Of a stretch of 60,992 bases of DNA, positions 37,211 through 52,159 are shown piece after piece (within the stretch, counting starts at the first letter, position 1; each line of letters starts with the position of its first letter). A program made the translations under genes and the position numbers. The DNA is taken from assembly GCF_006345805.1 (NCBI RefSeq), contig NW_021832562.1:1-60992 (forward strand), read 5' to 3'. Source of the stretch: Octopus sinensis. Its lineage: Eukaryota. The notes beneath the pieces are model-generated. The model was given only the letters and a program-made list of their open reading frames with translations. It made no database searches and was not told the origin of the DNA.

Positions 37211-37690
37211 CTTGTGTACAGTAAATTGTAAACCCTGAATTTCTACAAAAGCTTGTGAAAAGAAACCGAAACGGTTCTACGATTTGATGTTTTTGGTGTT
37301 TATTCCTAAATTCGCCCTAATCGTATAACCGTTCAAATAATAAATTAGCATTTTCTTCGTGAAAGAGTTAACACTTAATCCCTCTTAGGGGCTGTATCTA
37401 TAACTACATTATTCAATGCGTTCTTTGCGTATTTCAAACATTGAGATGTGATTCGAGGGAGATTTGGCTGCTATTTCTACCAGGCGTGAAGGAACGTGAA
37501 TGAATAGCTACAAAATCATAGTTTCAATTCTTGAACCAGTCAGTGCGTCGTACCCTTGAGCAAGGCATTTCATTTAACATTGCCACAGTCTACACAGCTG
37601 TAAACGTGTGCCAGCCAGGTGCAGGTGAAACTATCTTTCTTCACTTTCTCAATATGTATGTTTGTGTGCTTGTATGTATATCAGTCTGTT

Positions 37691-37747
<57 letters not shown>

Positions 37748-38399
37748 ATCTATCTATCTATCTCTCTATCTATCTCTCTATCTATCTATCTATCTTTTTC
37801 ACAATTCTTCCACATCATAAATGTGCCGCTGGGCCAACGGTAAGTGAACTTAGAGGGGTTCCATGTCTGCTCGGGAATCTACAGGCGCCTAAGAAAATTC
37901 GCGATAGCATGCTATATAATGCCAAGTCATATTTGTAGTCTACGATCGACAGAACATGCAGAATCTCCCAATTTGGTTGCAGGAATAAAACTACCGGGGG
38001 TTAGTTGAGACTGCATCACACTGGCTGCAGCCTACTGTAGATGATTAATCGGATACGTATCAAATAACACACACACACACACACACACACAACACACACC
38101 ACACACACACACACACATGCTCGCACGCATACACACGCGGATACACACGCGAAACACAGAAACAAAAATAACACAGATATATACATAGAGAGAGACAGAG
38201 ACACACTAGTCAGGCAGTCACACGGTCAGACAGAAAGAAAGTGATGGACGGATGGATGCATGGATGGATGCATGGATACATGGTTGAATGGTTGCATGAA
38301 TGGATCAATAGCTTAATGGTTTATCCATAACTTAATTTCACGTAGAATTTTATATTAGATGTCTTTGATCTCCATCCAACCCAAAGTAGAAACAGTACA

Positions 38400-39205
<806 letters not shown>

Positions 39206-40178
39206 GTTAAACTAATACCAACCTAATGTAACTAAACTTGCAGAAAAAAAAGTAAGATATAAAATAAGATAAAAAGAGCAAAATTAGTGAAGCTAGAGGG
39301 AAAACGTTTTCTAGGTTCGTTTCAGCTGTGTTGAACAGTGACGTATATTTGAAGAACTGGTTCTCTGCTATTTTAATTCCGGATTAATCTAAAAGCAATG
39401 CAATCTTTCTCCCTAGAACAACAAAAAGTAAGGATTTCTATCTTCGGGCCAGGCCAGATTCACACATAATTCCCGGAAATAAATTGATTCAGTATCGATT
39501 GGATACTTGCATAAGAAAATATTGCAAGGCGAAACTTAATAGCATGTATTTTATATAAGCATTATTTTTTGGTTGGTTAAGGAAAACATACTCGCCATAA
39601 TATCTTACTTCTTATCTCTCCTTCTGTCTCTCCAAGACAATTATCAATGCATTTCACTGTCATATTCTCTACATTATTTAACCTCAGAGTAGCAAATTGG
39701 ATAAGATACTCACACCGCTACCATTTCCATCTTCACCATTTTGCATGTTTCCACCACTGACGTTCTTCTCTTTTCTCGTTATTATTTTTCATTTTTTTGC
39801 GTTGTATTTTTGTTTTGTTTTGTTTTGTCTTTTTCTTACTTTTGCTTGTTTTGTGTTTTTCTCTTTTCTGAATTGTAAATATATATATTGACGCTAATGT
39901 TTAGTGTATGGTTTGCTTTCAAGACAATCGTATTCCTTTACAGATGTTTCGTTGTTACTTCGTTCTTTCAACATACAGTTACACATTTACGTATCGTTCA
40001 TATATTTTGGAGTTTTTGCCTGAATTCTATGGCACATGACTAGTGTATGTAAGTGTGTATGTATATATGTATTTTCTACAGTGCTTTTTTTTCTTTTTCA
40101 CATGAACAAACAAGACGGAACCTCATCACAACTTATCAAAAGAATTATTTCTTTACTTCTTAAATAAAAGAAAAGAAG

Positions 40179-40209
<31 letters not shown>

Positions 40210-40379
40210 CATACATACATACATAAACATTGAAATATGTAGGCTTTGGTCGTATTTTTGTTATTAAGTCTATTAATCTATTGTTTAATTGATATTTTTA
40301 CAGGTTGTGCCTGCATGACCGTAAATTTTGTATAATTAAACCGGTCATATGTTTTGTTTTAATACGTCTATAATATGCG

Positions 40380-40390
40380 CTCATGTGTAT

Positions 40391-40425
<35 letters not shown>

Positions 40426-40636
40426 CCCATATGCATGCAAATATAAGAATATATATATATCTTTGTATATATATACATATCTTTATATATATATATAAAT
40501 ATATATATATACATATATATATATATTTATATATATATACATATATATACAATGTACACATGTATATAGATGCCTATACATATACATATATATATATATA
40601 TATTCTTATATTTGTATGTATGTGTAAGTATGTAAA

Positions 40637-40667
<31 letters not shown>

Positions 40668-40669
40668 AT

Positions 40670-40702
<33 letters not shown>

Positions 40703-40745
40703 GTATATATATATATATATTTATGTATGTATGCATGTATATACG
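40380..40745. repeat. (TA)n-rich microsatellite zone
   Basis: Direct reading. Confidence 0.9.
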
Positions 40746-40800
40746 TTCCTATATGCATAATTGTATAGAGGTATGCATAAACTATGATGGTACACCACAA

Positions 40801-40932
40801 CACTTCTAACTAATGGATATTTCCTGTGATTCTAAACATCCATCAGTTTCTGACGTCTTTACAAATGTTATGCTTTCAACAAATACTAGGATTTCTACAT
40901 TTCTCCACAGTTTTATGACTGTTGTCACCAGG
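40801..40932 (+). repeat. Direct repeat, copy 1 (paired with 43681-43813)
   Basis: cacttctaactaatggatatttcctgtgattctaaacatcc...gttgtcaccagg. Confidence 0.8.
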
Positions 40933-42189
40933 TTTTAGAACGTTTTACCGCTCTTTTCTGATAGAATTGTTTTTTACCTTCGAATATTTCCAGTTCGGTT
41001 GCACTCATTCTCTATTCCATATGTGTGTATGTATGTATGAGTACTTGTATTCATATATATAAATAATTGTACATACATATATATATATACATGCATACAC
41101 ATGTATATACATATATGTATATGCGTGTGGTGTGTGTGTACATATAACCATACATATGTTAATAAAAATCCGTATATATATATACTTCAGTATGTACCTG
41201 TGTATATGTATGTGTGTGTAAATATATATATGCATACACACATTTAAGTATGCATATATATATCTTCATGAATATTTGTATGGCGTATGATGGTATACAT
41301 ACTATTACAACAGGGTTTCGAGAGGTTTCTCTTGTAGAATGGAACTTTAAACTTTCCAATAAATATTCGATTACTCGTGTCATGCGAAAGTGTATAATAG
41401 TTTTTACTCCTAAGTTCGGAGCTGCAAAACCCTCGAAATTGTATTTTAGAAATGTTTTTTCTTATATATATTTTTTATTTCAGCTGAGTAGCGGATTTCA
41501 AAATCAGCAAATTAACACAAAAAAGTGCCTTGTGATACTCACTGTTATGTTAGTCTTCACTCTGAGTTCAATTCCTTCAAAGGAACAGTTAATCGTTCAG
41601 ATGATTTGATGGAATAAATGCCATTATGGAATCTGTTGAACAGTTGTGGCTTTTGTTAGTAAAATGTATAACATCATAGCAATGAAAGAAGTCACTATTG
41701 CAAATCGGAAAGAATATATAGATGAAATGGTCAACCATGTTTGACCATCAACGATCAGTCCTTTCATCTTAGGTTCCTTCACTTCTGAAAATATGACGCA
41801 TCTTCTATCCAATCAGCATTACATGGCAATTCGTAGTTTTAAGATCGAAATCGCATTGCGGTATTCATTTATTTACTTTGTATTCTTCTAAAAGTTACCT
41901 TTCCTCTGGTAATAGGTTGTGTGGAAACCCCAAGTAAGTTTGGGGGATTGGGGTGGACTCAATAAAATAAAATACCAGCAGAAAGCAAGTACTTGGATCC
42001 ATGTAGTCCCCTTCTCCCTCCTCTCTAAATTCCTGGTATTGTGCCAAACTTTGACACCGTTGTTTAAAGCGCAAAATTCTTCGCACCGCACCATTTTGAA
42101 ATATTCTAACAAGATCACTTTTACACTCTGTACCATAACACTGTGCTATAGATTAAATCATTTATTAATAACAAAAGGTACCGATTAAT

Positions 42190-42700
42190 TTTCGTATGAA
42201 TCTCCAATCGATGGAATGTCCACATATTTTAAAGGATCTCCATTACTTCATTTGCCTTCTTAAACCTTTCATTAAATTCCATTTCTAAAGATCCATCAAT
42301 TTCTATTAAAGATCCAAGACAGTTAACCTTATTTCAGACTCTTCTATACATCCATTCAATGTAACATTTCTTTTCCCCATTGGCTTGATGTCCATAATTC
42401 CGATTTTATTGCCGTTTATCTTTAAACCAATACCTTTCTCTACTTCATGACGTTTGTATATCATTCTTTGTATTTTTGCTGTTTCATTACTAAATAAAAT
42501 AATATCATCAGCACGACCCTGAATACGAATAATTTCTTCCTGTGAATGCATCTAATTCGTTCTATTCAGTCTCAAATTATGTCCTTCATGCGATTGTTTA
42601 TTACAACAGTAAGACGAGAGGCTTTAGAAAACATCCCTACAGCACCCAACTGCAAACTTCATAATCGTTTCAAGGACAACTGTACATGCATGCTCGTAAA
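42190..42700 (-). mobile_element. RTE-clade LINE RT fragment, decayed
   Basis: ORF 42306-42551: GRADDIILFSNETAKIQRMI...IGLKINGNKIGIM, followed by DGSLEMEFNERFKKANEVM. Confidence 0.7.
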
Positions 42701-42719
42701 AGTAAATGTGCCGTCAATA

Positions 42720-42922
42720 TCAATAGCAAACAGACATTCTGAATTCAAATTCCGCCGAGAGATGCGTTGTGTTCTTGAGCAAGACATTTCATTTCACATT
42801 GCTTCAGTTAACTTACCTGGCATGTATATTCTCCCATCTAGAGGGGAATGTATATGCCACAGAATCCTGCGATGGGCTCGTAAGGGAAACCTGCTTTACG
42901 AGCCCATGACCCGGGGAGGAAC

Positions 42923-42925
<3 letters not shown>
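42720..42925 (+). mobile_element. SINE family D, degenerate, with 3' stem-loop
   Basis: gttgtgttcttgagcaagacatttcatttcacattgct body. Confidence 0.6.
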
Positions 42926-42964
<39 letters not shown>

Positions 42965-43254
42965 ATATTGGGAAACTGTCAGAGAACGCACTTCATTGTT
43001 ACTCTGTATTTCACGCAGAGTTGTGTCGTTGCTTATTTTGAGGTGGTTACTCTTCGTAGGGCTTCCGATGAAGTTAAAACTTTATTTTGATGAGAGCTTG
43101 TCACTTCTCTTTGTGTATATATGTGCATACAAACTTACGCACATACATGCACATATTCATATATGCTTGTACGTATGTATATAAATATAATACATACACA
43201 TACTACATTTGTATGTATATATAGCATACACAACAATGGATCAAAGGGCGTTTC

Positions 43255-43445
43255 TGAGCCATGGGCTCATAAAAGTGGTTGATCAGATTTTGTTGTGTAT
43301 ATTACCCACTTCCTGGACGGGGCGCCAGTCATCGTAGTATTACTCACTGCTGACAGCTGAGTGACCTGGAGCAACGTGAAATGAAGGTGTTCCTAGTCCA
43401 GAATTCGAAACTACAATCTTGAGTGTAATAGCCGAAACACTAAGT
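43255..43445 (-). mobile_element. SINE family D, degenerate
   Basis: ggacggggcgccagtcatcgtag (V-domain-like in reverse) and agctgagtgacctggagcaacgtgaaatgaag. Confidence 0.6.
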
Positions 43446-43504
43446 CATACGTGTCTGCATGGCTACATACACATACATAATGTGTGTGTGTGTGTATGTA
43501 GGTG

Positions 43505-43549
<45 letters not shown>

Positions 43550-43680
43550 ACGCGTGTGTATGTGTGTGTGTATGTATATATACATGTATCTCATTGTATG
43601 AGCATCTTTACGTAGGCATTATTGTGTATGAGCATACAGTAAATGTAGAGATGCGTATAAAATGTGATCGTTCGCCATTG

Positions 43681-43813
43681 CACTTCTGACTAATGGATAT
43701 TTCCTGTGAACCTAAACATCCGTCAAATAGTTTTTGACGTCCTCACACACAGATGTTCGGTATCGAAGCAATATTAAGATTTTTACATTTCATTCTCAAC
43801 CGTTGTCACCAGG
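43681..43813 (+). repeat. Direct repeat, copy 2
   Basis: cacttctgactaatggatatttcctgtgaacctaaacatcc...gttgtcaccagg. Confidence 0.8.
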
Positions 43814-43914
43814 ACTTGTTATGTTTTACTGCTGTTTTTTTTGACAGATATTTTTAATGGACCAAATCCTGTTGTTATTTTGCAGGTAGGATGAATTCAT
43901 AGTCTTCTCTGTCA

Positions 43915-43916
43915 TG

Positions 43917-44002
<86 letters not shown>

Positions 44003-44008
44003 CATATA

Positions 44009-44039
<31 letters not shown>

Positions 44040-44083
44040 GTACGTATGTATGTATGTATGCATGTATGTATATATATATATAT

Positions 44084-44133
<50 letters not shown>

Positions 44134-44180
44134 CGTATGTATGTATGTATGTGTGTGTGTATGTATGTATGTATTTGTGA
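43915..44180. repeat. Compound (TA)n-(TATG)n-(TG)n microsatellite
   Basis: Direct reading. Confidence 0.95.
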
Positions 44181-45098
44181 GTGTACATGCTCGGTTAGTA
44201 TAAACGTAAATGCATTATTCCTCTAACAGCAGAGTTTCAAGAGCCCTCTTGAATGGAACGGAATGGAACTTCGCACACTTTTAGCTGTGCTCTGAGCTAT
44301 TAATATAAACTTCTACATTTTTTTCTTTTTCTTTTTCAAAATGCATCAGGTATGCATATTTTAAAATGTGTTTTGCAGATGACGCTGACAAATTTGTTTA
44401 GAGCAATATAACTCATATAACAGCTTTACTAAAACCCACGCCCCAATGAAAACAACATCATTCAAGGCATCTATGTTAAAATATATTATATATTTTATCG
44501 GAAATGAATCGTGTGTCTCGAAACTGGGTAATTTCGTAAATCGGTAACCAGAACCATTAACTGCCAAAATAAATGAGAAATAGTGAATTTACACAAATTA
44601 TGTAGACTCGAGTGAACAATGCCATTATTAATGTAATCTACTGTAGTAATTCTACGAATAACTGGAGAGTGTGAAATTCTGTCACTTCAGCCAAATACTG
44701 ATTTTGCAGGAAAAAGAGTTAGCTTCTTTTAACGCTTCGAGAAAACACCCTTCATCAAGTGATACAACATAGAGCTGAAGGTTATTCTACATGATGGATC
44801 GTAGTTTCCTCTTTCAAGAATAAGCGTTTTAGGACAAAATATCTTGAAAGTTTTGTTGTCACTTTCAGGCACGGAGAGATGAAAACGAAAGTACCTTGGT
44901 GCTTCGTGTGTATCCATTCATCAAAAGAAAGAAGAAAAAGAACAAGAACAAAAGAAAACAGTAAAGTGTGTGAATAAGAAAAATCCATGTATAAATCTCA
45001 TACTTTTGACATATTGGAAATCATCAGAAGTGAAGCAAAAACGAAGAGCGTTTCTAATACAAAATAATTGGAGTAAGGGAGAAAAATTTGAATGTGAG

Positions 45099-45552
<454 letters not shown>

Positions 45553-48203
45553 ACAGAATGCCTCAACAGCATTAAGTGCTTTATTCAACAGTGCCATTCT
45601 AGCAACATACTCATGATGGGAGACTTCAATCTACCCTGTGTTGACTGGACTACAAACTGTTTGAAACCAAGCACTCCCGCCTCAACCGCTGACAAAGAAG
45701 CAGCAGAGTCACTTTTCGACTTTACGAATGAGTTTTTCTTGTCCCAACTTGTCCTTGCACCAACAAGACATCAGAACATTTTGGACCTAGTGTTTAGTAA
45801 CCACACTAACACTATACATAACGTTACAGTGGAAAAAACCCTTCTTTCAGACCATGACATGGTTCTCTGTAACATGAAATTCCACCAGCCGAAAGCTAAT
45901 CCTAGTGACCTTCCTCCAGCCCACCCATTTGACAACATGGATCTCCATAAAGCCAACTGGGATGCAATCAGGAACGAGCTATCAAATGTTGACTGGTCCT
46001 TTACACATACACACATCTCCACCACCATAAGACATCTTGGCAGATCTTTGTAGACACCGTCACAGACATATGTGCAAAACACTCCCCACCAAGACCTGTG
46101 AACAAAAAGTGCAGAATCCCCCAAAACAGAAAAACCATTATCAGAAAAATAAAAAGAACAAACAAAAAAATAACAAACTAAAGTACTGCCACAGCAACAC
46201 ACACATTCGACGGCTATCGCACTGCTTGAATCCAAAAATATAACCTCCAACAATGCATGAAGACCCTCATCAATAACCAAAGATCAGCTGAGGAGAAGTG
46301 GGCCATTGAAAAAATCAAACTCAACCCCAAAGTGTTCTTTTCATTTGCGAGGAAACGCAGGGTCACTGTCTCCACTGTAGGCCCTCTAATTGACGAAACT
46401 GGCACTCTCCAAGATAATGCCAAATCCATGGCCGAGATACTGCAGAAACAATACTGCTCTGTTTTCAGCAATCCTGATATGGCCGATCTGGGCTGTATCA
46501 GTGATGTCAACCCCCACACACTATATCGGACATACGTTAGTGCCCCTGATGTCTTATAGCGGCGATAAACGAAATAAAACACAATTCAGCAGTAGGCCCC
46601 GATAGGTTCCCTGCTTGTGTCCTGAAGGTGTGTCGACACCAACTTGCATCTCCCCTTGCTAATCTGTGGAGAAACTCACTGGATGCTGGCTATATTCCAA
46701 AAAACCTTCTGTCCCAGTCTGTTGTCCCAGTTTTCAAAAAGGGAACAAGTCCCTTGCAGTGAATTACCGTCCGATCTCACTCACCTCTCATATCATCAGG
46801 TGATTTGAGAGGGTGGTGAGATCTCGAATAACCCAATTTCTGGAAAGCAACAGACGGCTGATCTCCACCAACATGGGTTCCGTAATGGAAGGGACTGCCT
46901 AACGCAGCTCCTGCATCACTTTGAGGACATTTTGAGAGCTTTGGGAGAGGGCTCCAACACCGATGTCATCTACCTTGATTTCAGTAAGGCCTTCGACAGG
47001 GTCGATCACAAGATCCTATTGAAAAAACTATCCAACATTGGTGTCTCTGGAAAGTTACTGAAATGGATTAAGTGTTTCCTCCGACAGATCTCAACATGTT
47101 GTAGTTGAAGGGGTAAAATCAAGCCCAGCCAAAGTCAGTAGTGGCGTTCCGCAAGGCACTGTGCTGGGCCCACTTCTTTTCATCATTTACATTAATGACA
47201 TTAATGACATCATCAAGCACAGCAACATAAAAATCTTTGCAGATGACTCCAAGCTACAGAATGTCATAATGAGGCGAGTGACCGGACATGCCTTCAGTCA
47301 GATCTACTGGCTGTTATCCAATGGGCAGAAAAAAACAATATGCTGCTGAACGAGGATAAATTTGAGCTAATCCACTTTGGAAAAGAGGATGCCCTGAAAC
47401 TCCCATACTCCCTTCCTTCAGGTGAAACTCTCGCGGCGTCCAACAATCAGAGACTTGGGAGTAATTGTGGACAACAACGTAAGCTGGGCCCTCATATAAA
47501 CACCAAAGTTGACATGGCCCGCAGAATGTGTTCCTGGATTCTCAGAACTTTCCAGTCGAGAGATATCCACACCATTATCCTTCTTCTCCCTTTTGCCCGA
47601 CCCCACCTTGAATACTGTTGTCCACTGTGGTCTCCCCACACAATACAAGGTATCATAAAAGTTGAAGCACCTCAAAGGGCAATCACAAAAAGATAGATGG
47701 CATGACAGGCCTCGACTATTGGGGTCGACTAAAAAGCTAAAACTCTATTCTCTCCAACGTCGTCGTGAGCGCTACATCATCTGCATGATGTGGAAAATAT
47801 TCCATCAGCATTGCCCAAATGATGTTGGCATCACCTTTAAGGTACATCCAAGGCTTGGGCCCCGTGCCATCCGCCCAAAACAAAAATCGCACTCTCATCT
47901 CATAACAACAATACGGCACAATTATTTCACCTCAATGGCCCCGCTCTCTTTAACATTACACCAAAACACATTAAAACAGAAACTGACCCTATAGGGTTCA
48001 AGAAGTCTTTGGACAGATTCCTTCAAGAAATCCCGGATAACCCCCTAACACTCGGATATGTCTCTGTAAACAATAACTCTCTACTTGAGTGGGCCATAGT
48101 GCCCAAATTCTGACTTGAAGACTTCACGGTGGTGCTATTAAGTTAGACATGGCCTGGGCCAATAATGGCCGAAACCTATCAAAGTATCAAAGTATCAAAG
48201 TAT
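45553..48203 (+). mobile_element. CR1-group LINE, 5'-truncated ORF2 (APE C-terminus + RT), frameshifted, (TATCAAAG)3 tail
   Basis: APE motifs MGDFNLP, PTR..NILDLV, SDH. Linker NPKVFFSF. RT motifs GPD, NYRPISLTS, QHGFR, YLDFSKAFDRVDH, GVPQGTVLGPLLF, FADD, RPHLEY. 3' tandem repeat at 48177-48200. Confidence 0.95.
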
Positions 48204-48216
48204 TATATATATATAT

Positions 48217-48292
<76 letters not shown>

Positions 48293-48774
48293 CAAAAAGG
48301 GTGAAATATAATTAGTTGTATATTGTACACTATGACTCCCATACATAAATCTGCGAAACTTCGTTTCGTTGATAATGTTTTTGTAACTCACGTGGTAATT
48401 TTGGAGGGAGATATGAATTCGCCTGTCTATATAACTGTAGAGATGCTGGCGGACCGTTAGATCGTTCGATGTCGCCTGATCGAGCCGGTGTAGTGGGTGA
48501 GTTTTTTCCTAGCATTTCTAGATTTATAGGAAATATTATATTCACAAGGAAATGAACTTCTGGTTCTAATCTAGAAACGATTTTGTCTAGAATTAATCCA
48601 ATAGGCTGGGATTTCGTTATTTTCTTTCTCTTTACTATATACGGGTTGCAAATTCTGTTTGTTGTGGAGACTTTTTTATTAGTAGGAGAAATGGTGATCT
48701 ATTTGGCTGCCATTCCTAATATTTTCGGTATGTGGTTTTGAGCAACTTGTTGCAATTAACCCTTTATTATAATA

Positions 48775-48844
<70 letters not shown>

Positions 48845-49008
48845 ATATATATATACATACGTGGCTTCTTAGACGAATATATACATGTATATGTTTTTTG
48901 TCAATTTGAATATATTAGTGTATATGTATGTATATGTGTGTATGTATGAGTGCATGTGCGTGGTAAGTTTTTGAAGGCTAGGTTAGAGAGAAAAAAGAAA
49001 ACGAAAAA

Positions 49009-49044
<36 letters not shown>

Positions 49045-49059
49045 GCTCTGTTTCTGAGA

Positions 49060-49290
49060 TGATTGAAACTGCATTGTATTTTGCTCAGCTTCCCTATGTA
49101 CGGGGAAAAGCAACGAGAACAGAGAATGCTAAAAATTAGATTACCGAATGTGTGTACGTGAAGAGGTGACATGGAAGGAGCGGTTGCGGATACCAGTGAA
49201 AACGGTGGTGTTGGAGAGGAAGTGAGAAGTGCGTCAGCGTGGGCGAGATCAAAAGGAGCCAGGTTGAAAGCCATGAGAGGGTAAAGAGCT
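49060..49290 (-). mobile_element. Highly decayed LINE 3' relic
   Basis: Reverse complement contains gcttttccccgtaca (AFPRT) followed by ggaagct, an FFPRT..LW-like motif. Confidence 0.3.
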
Positions 49291-49357
49291 GATGTAGCTT
49301 CCTTTCTCTCTCACACACACTCACTCACCTTCTCTCTTTCTCTTTCTGCCCCTCCTC

Positions 49358-49391
<34 letters not shown>

Positions 49392-50225
49392 ACGTGGCAC
49401 CTGTTGATTGTTCCGCGGGGTCAAGAGTGAAAGGGCTAATACGGTGTTTAGGTATACTCGCCACTACAGTCAGCTAAAACAATTGCCAGAAATTGGTACA
49501 TACTACCAAGTCATCTACATTTCAAATTTACGGCCCTACAGGTTTGGAAGGCAAGAGTCAAATTTTTAAAGTACATAATTTTTCTTATACTATAAAAAAA
49601 AATTGTGACATTCATTTATAAGTTTCACCACATCTACACCTTCACAATATTGTTTATGACACGGAAGCTTTAACTTGTAAAATGGTGAGAATGTAAATGG
49701 TTAACAACTCCAGCAGATTGTTATATGCATCCTAAAAGATATGCGTAGGGGGAAATGTGAGATATATCAGAAATGACAAGGAGATAAGAAGTTTAAAGTA
49801 GGATAAATAGTTGAGGAAGCAGATTTAATCATATGAGTATTTGAATGTGTGAATTTTTGTATGGGGGTGTATAGGTGTGTGTAAGTGTGTTGAACGCTTG
49901 AAGTCGACCAACAAAATGTAGATGCCCTAAATGCTAGAGAAATTTATTATTTTTTTTTTTTTAATAATAAATGGTAAATATCGCTGGTTGGTAGCTTAAT
50001 TTACATTTCGTAGCGTTAGTGTTTTATATGTCATCGTTTAAAAGGACAAAAGATAAAAAAGAGGGGCAGAGAAAAAGGAAAAAGATAGATTTTATGTACT
50101 TTGCTTTAGGAATTAAAAAGAGTGAAATATGCTTAAAACAATTTATTTATATGTGAGCGGGTGTATGTATATGCTTTTATATATATATATTGTACCGCAT
50201 ACATATATCAATTTCATATAGGGAA

Positions 50226-50288
<63 letters not shown>

Positions 50289-50289
50289 C

Positions 50290-50328
<39 letters not shown>

Positions 50329-50669
50329 CGTGTATATATGCATGCATTTTATAAATCTTCCTTTAAACACGTTTCCGTCCCCGTTTAATTCCCAAAGCAA
50401 AATGCTCGAAACTTACCCAATTATCTTTTTTGCTTCGTTTTTTTTCCATTTTTCTTTTATATTCTTTCCTATCTCTTCTTTTTATAAAGCAAATAAATGT
50501 TTATATATATACAAACCAGAAAATATATTTAACTACAAAACGGCTATATCTGTCAGATAATGTTTTTAAATAACTCCTCTTGCAATTCTGCCCTCTATCT
50601 TTTCTTGACCGACATTACAAATCCAAAACTCTTACACAGACTCGTGCACACACACACACATAAATACGG

Positions 50670-50815
50670 ACCTTAAAATACACCCTCCTACTTTTAATCT
50701 CCCTTCTTCACTTTTATGTTCCCCCTTTACTTTAAAACTCCCCTCCTGCTTTAAAGTTCTTTTTTGCCTTAAATCTTCTCTCCTACCTTTAGCCTAGTCT
50801 CCTACATTTAAGCTG
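50670..50815. repeat. Degenerate ~19-20 bp pyrimidine-rich minisatellite (consensus ~tttaaaactcccctcctac), ~7 units
   Basis: Units such as ttttaatctcccttcttcac, tttaaaactcccctcctgc, ttaaatcttctctcctac, tttagcctagtctcctac. Confidence 0.55.
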
Positions 50816-50944
50816 CCCAGAGTAGAGTGGATATATTTATCAGCAATAAGCCATCTGGCGAACTCAGTCCTTTCATCAGGCTCCAGTAATAACAGCAAAG
50901 CTAACATAACGGGAGCAACACTTCTATGAATGAATTGTCACTGA

Positions 50945-51112
50945 AGCGGGTTTGGTTATAGCGCTTCGACAAAAAGAGACCGACTGAAAAGTACCAGGCT
51001 TTAAGAAAGCAAGTACTGAGGTCGATTCATTCGACTAAAAATTATTGAAGGCGGTGCCCCAGCATGGCCGAAGTCTAATGACTGAAACGCGCAAGAGAAA
51101 AGATAGAAGATG
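50945..51112 (+). mobile_element. SINE family A, 3' domain
   Basis: aaaagagaccga...gaggtcgattcattcgactaaaa...aggcggtgccccagcatggcc...atgactgaaac. Confidence 0.8.
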
Positions 51113-51157
51113 TAATAATTTAGAAGTCTTACTTTCTCGTTGTTAGTTTAATTTATT

Positions 51158-51547
51158 ATGGATGGAAGCACTCCGTCGGTTACGACGACGAGGGTTCCGG
51201 TTGATCCGAATCAACGGAACAGCCTGCTCGTGAAATTAACGTGTAAGTGGCTGAGCACTCCACAGACACGTGTACCCTTAACGTAGTTCTCGGGGATATT
51301 CAGCGTGACACAGAGAGTGACAAGGCCGGCCCCTTGAAATACAGGTACAACAGAAACAGGAAGTAAGAGTGAGAGAAAGTTGTGGCAAAAGAGTACAGCA
51401 GGGATCACCACCATCCCCTGCCGGAGCCTCGTGGAGCTTTAGGTGTTTTCGCTCAATAAACACTCACAACGCCCGGTCTGGGAATCGAAGCCGTGATCCT
51501 ATGACCGCGAGTCCGCTGCCCTAACCACTGGGCCATTGCGCCTCCAC
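51158..51547 (-). mobile_element. SINE family B, full-length
   Basis: Reverse complement starts gtggaggcgcaatggcccagtggttagggcagcggactcgcggtcataggatcacggcttcgattcccagacc (tRNA-like head). Confidence 0.9.
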
Positions 51548-51964
51548 TTTATTTATTATATTTGAGATATGTGCTGCATTTGTTAGTGAGCAAAATACTA
51601 TTTTTCCCCTAAATATTTGATTTCAATGAATTAATACATTTCCTTTCAGATGAATATAACTTTTTGTAAATAAAATATTTCTTCATTTGAATAGAATTTC
51701 TGAAAGATGAGACGAAAAACACTGTTGTATTAATCTTTAAGTGAATTATTCCTTGAGCTGACGAGACACGCGAATCACGAGACTGTCATTAAAATACCTT
51801 TAGTTAGTTATTCCGGCTTTTCACGTTTTTTTTTAGACACTAAAAAGTCGCTGTTTTCGAATAAAAAAAACCCTTGCCTGAACCGTGACACGAAAGGTAG
51901 AAATATACCATTGTCTTATTATTGGGAGGAGGAGGAGGAGGGGGAGGAGGAGGAGGAGGATAAT

Positions 51965-52050
51965 CTTTTCTACTATTGGCACAAGGCCAGCAATTTTCAT
52001 GGAAGGGGATAGTCGATTACATCGGCCCCAGGGCTCAACTGGTACTTATT
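51965..52050 (-). mobile_element. SINE family C 3' part (tail beta)
   Basis: tctttctactattggcacaaggcc...agtcgattacatcggccccag..ctcaactggtactta. Confidence 0.7.
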
Positions 52051-52159
52051 TTAATGACCTCCCCACTACCATATTCGTATATTTTACCCCAGTGTCACTT
52101 TGATGGCATGCACTGCTCTCTCACTCAATAATAATAATAATAATTAGTCCTCTGCCACC

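Noticed and set aside
39416-39432. ccctag-AACAACAAAAA-gtaagg possible 11-nt microexon
   Set aside because: Not a multiple of three, with a weak pyrimidine tract and no independent support.
42546-43184. 212-aa ORF
   Set aside because: Read-through of an antisense RTE relic, a SINE and (TG)n. No protein features.
48441-48496. GC-richer stretch with ag...TGG|gtgagt, reading DAGGPLDRSMSPDRAGVV
   Set aside because: The acceptor lacks a pyrimidine tract and the peptide is unrecognisable. More likely a TE scrap.
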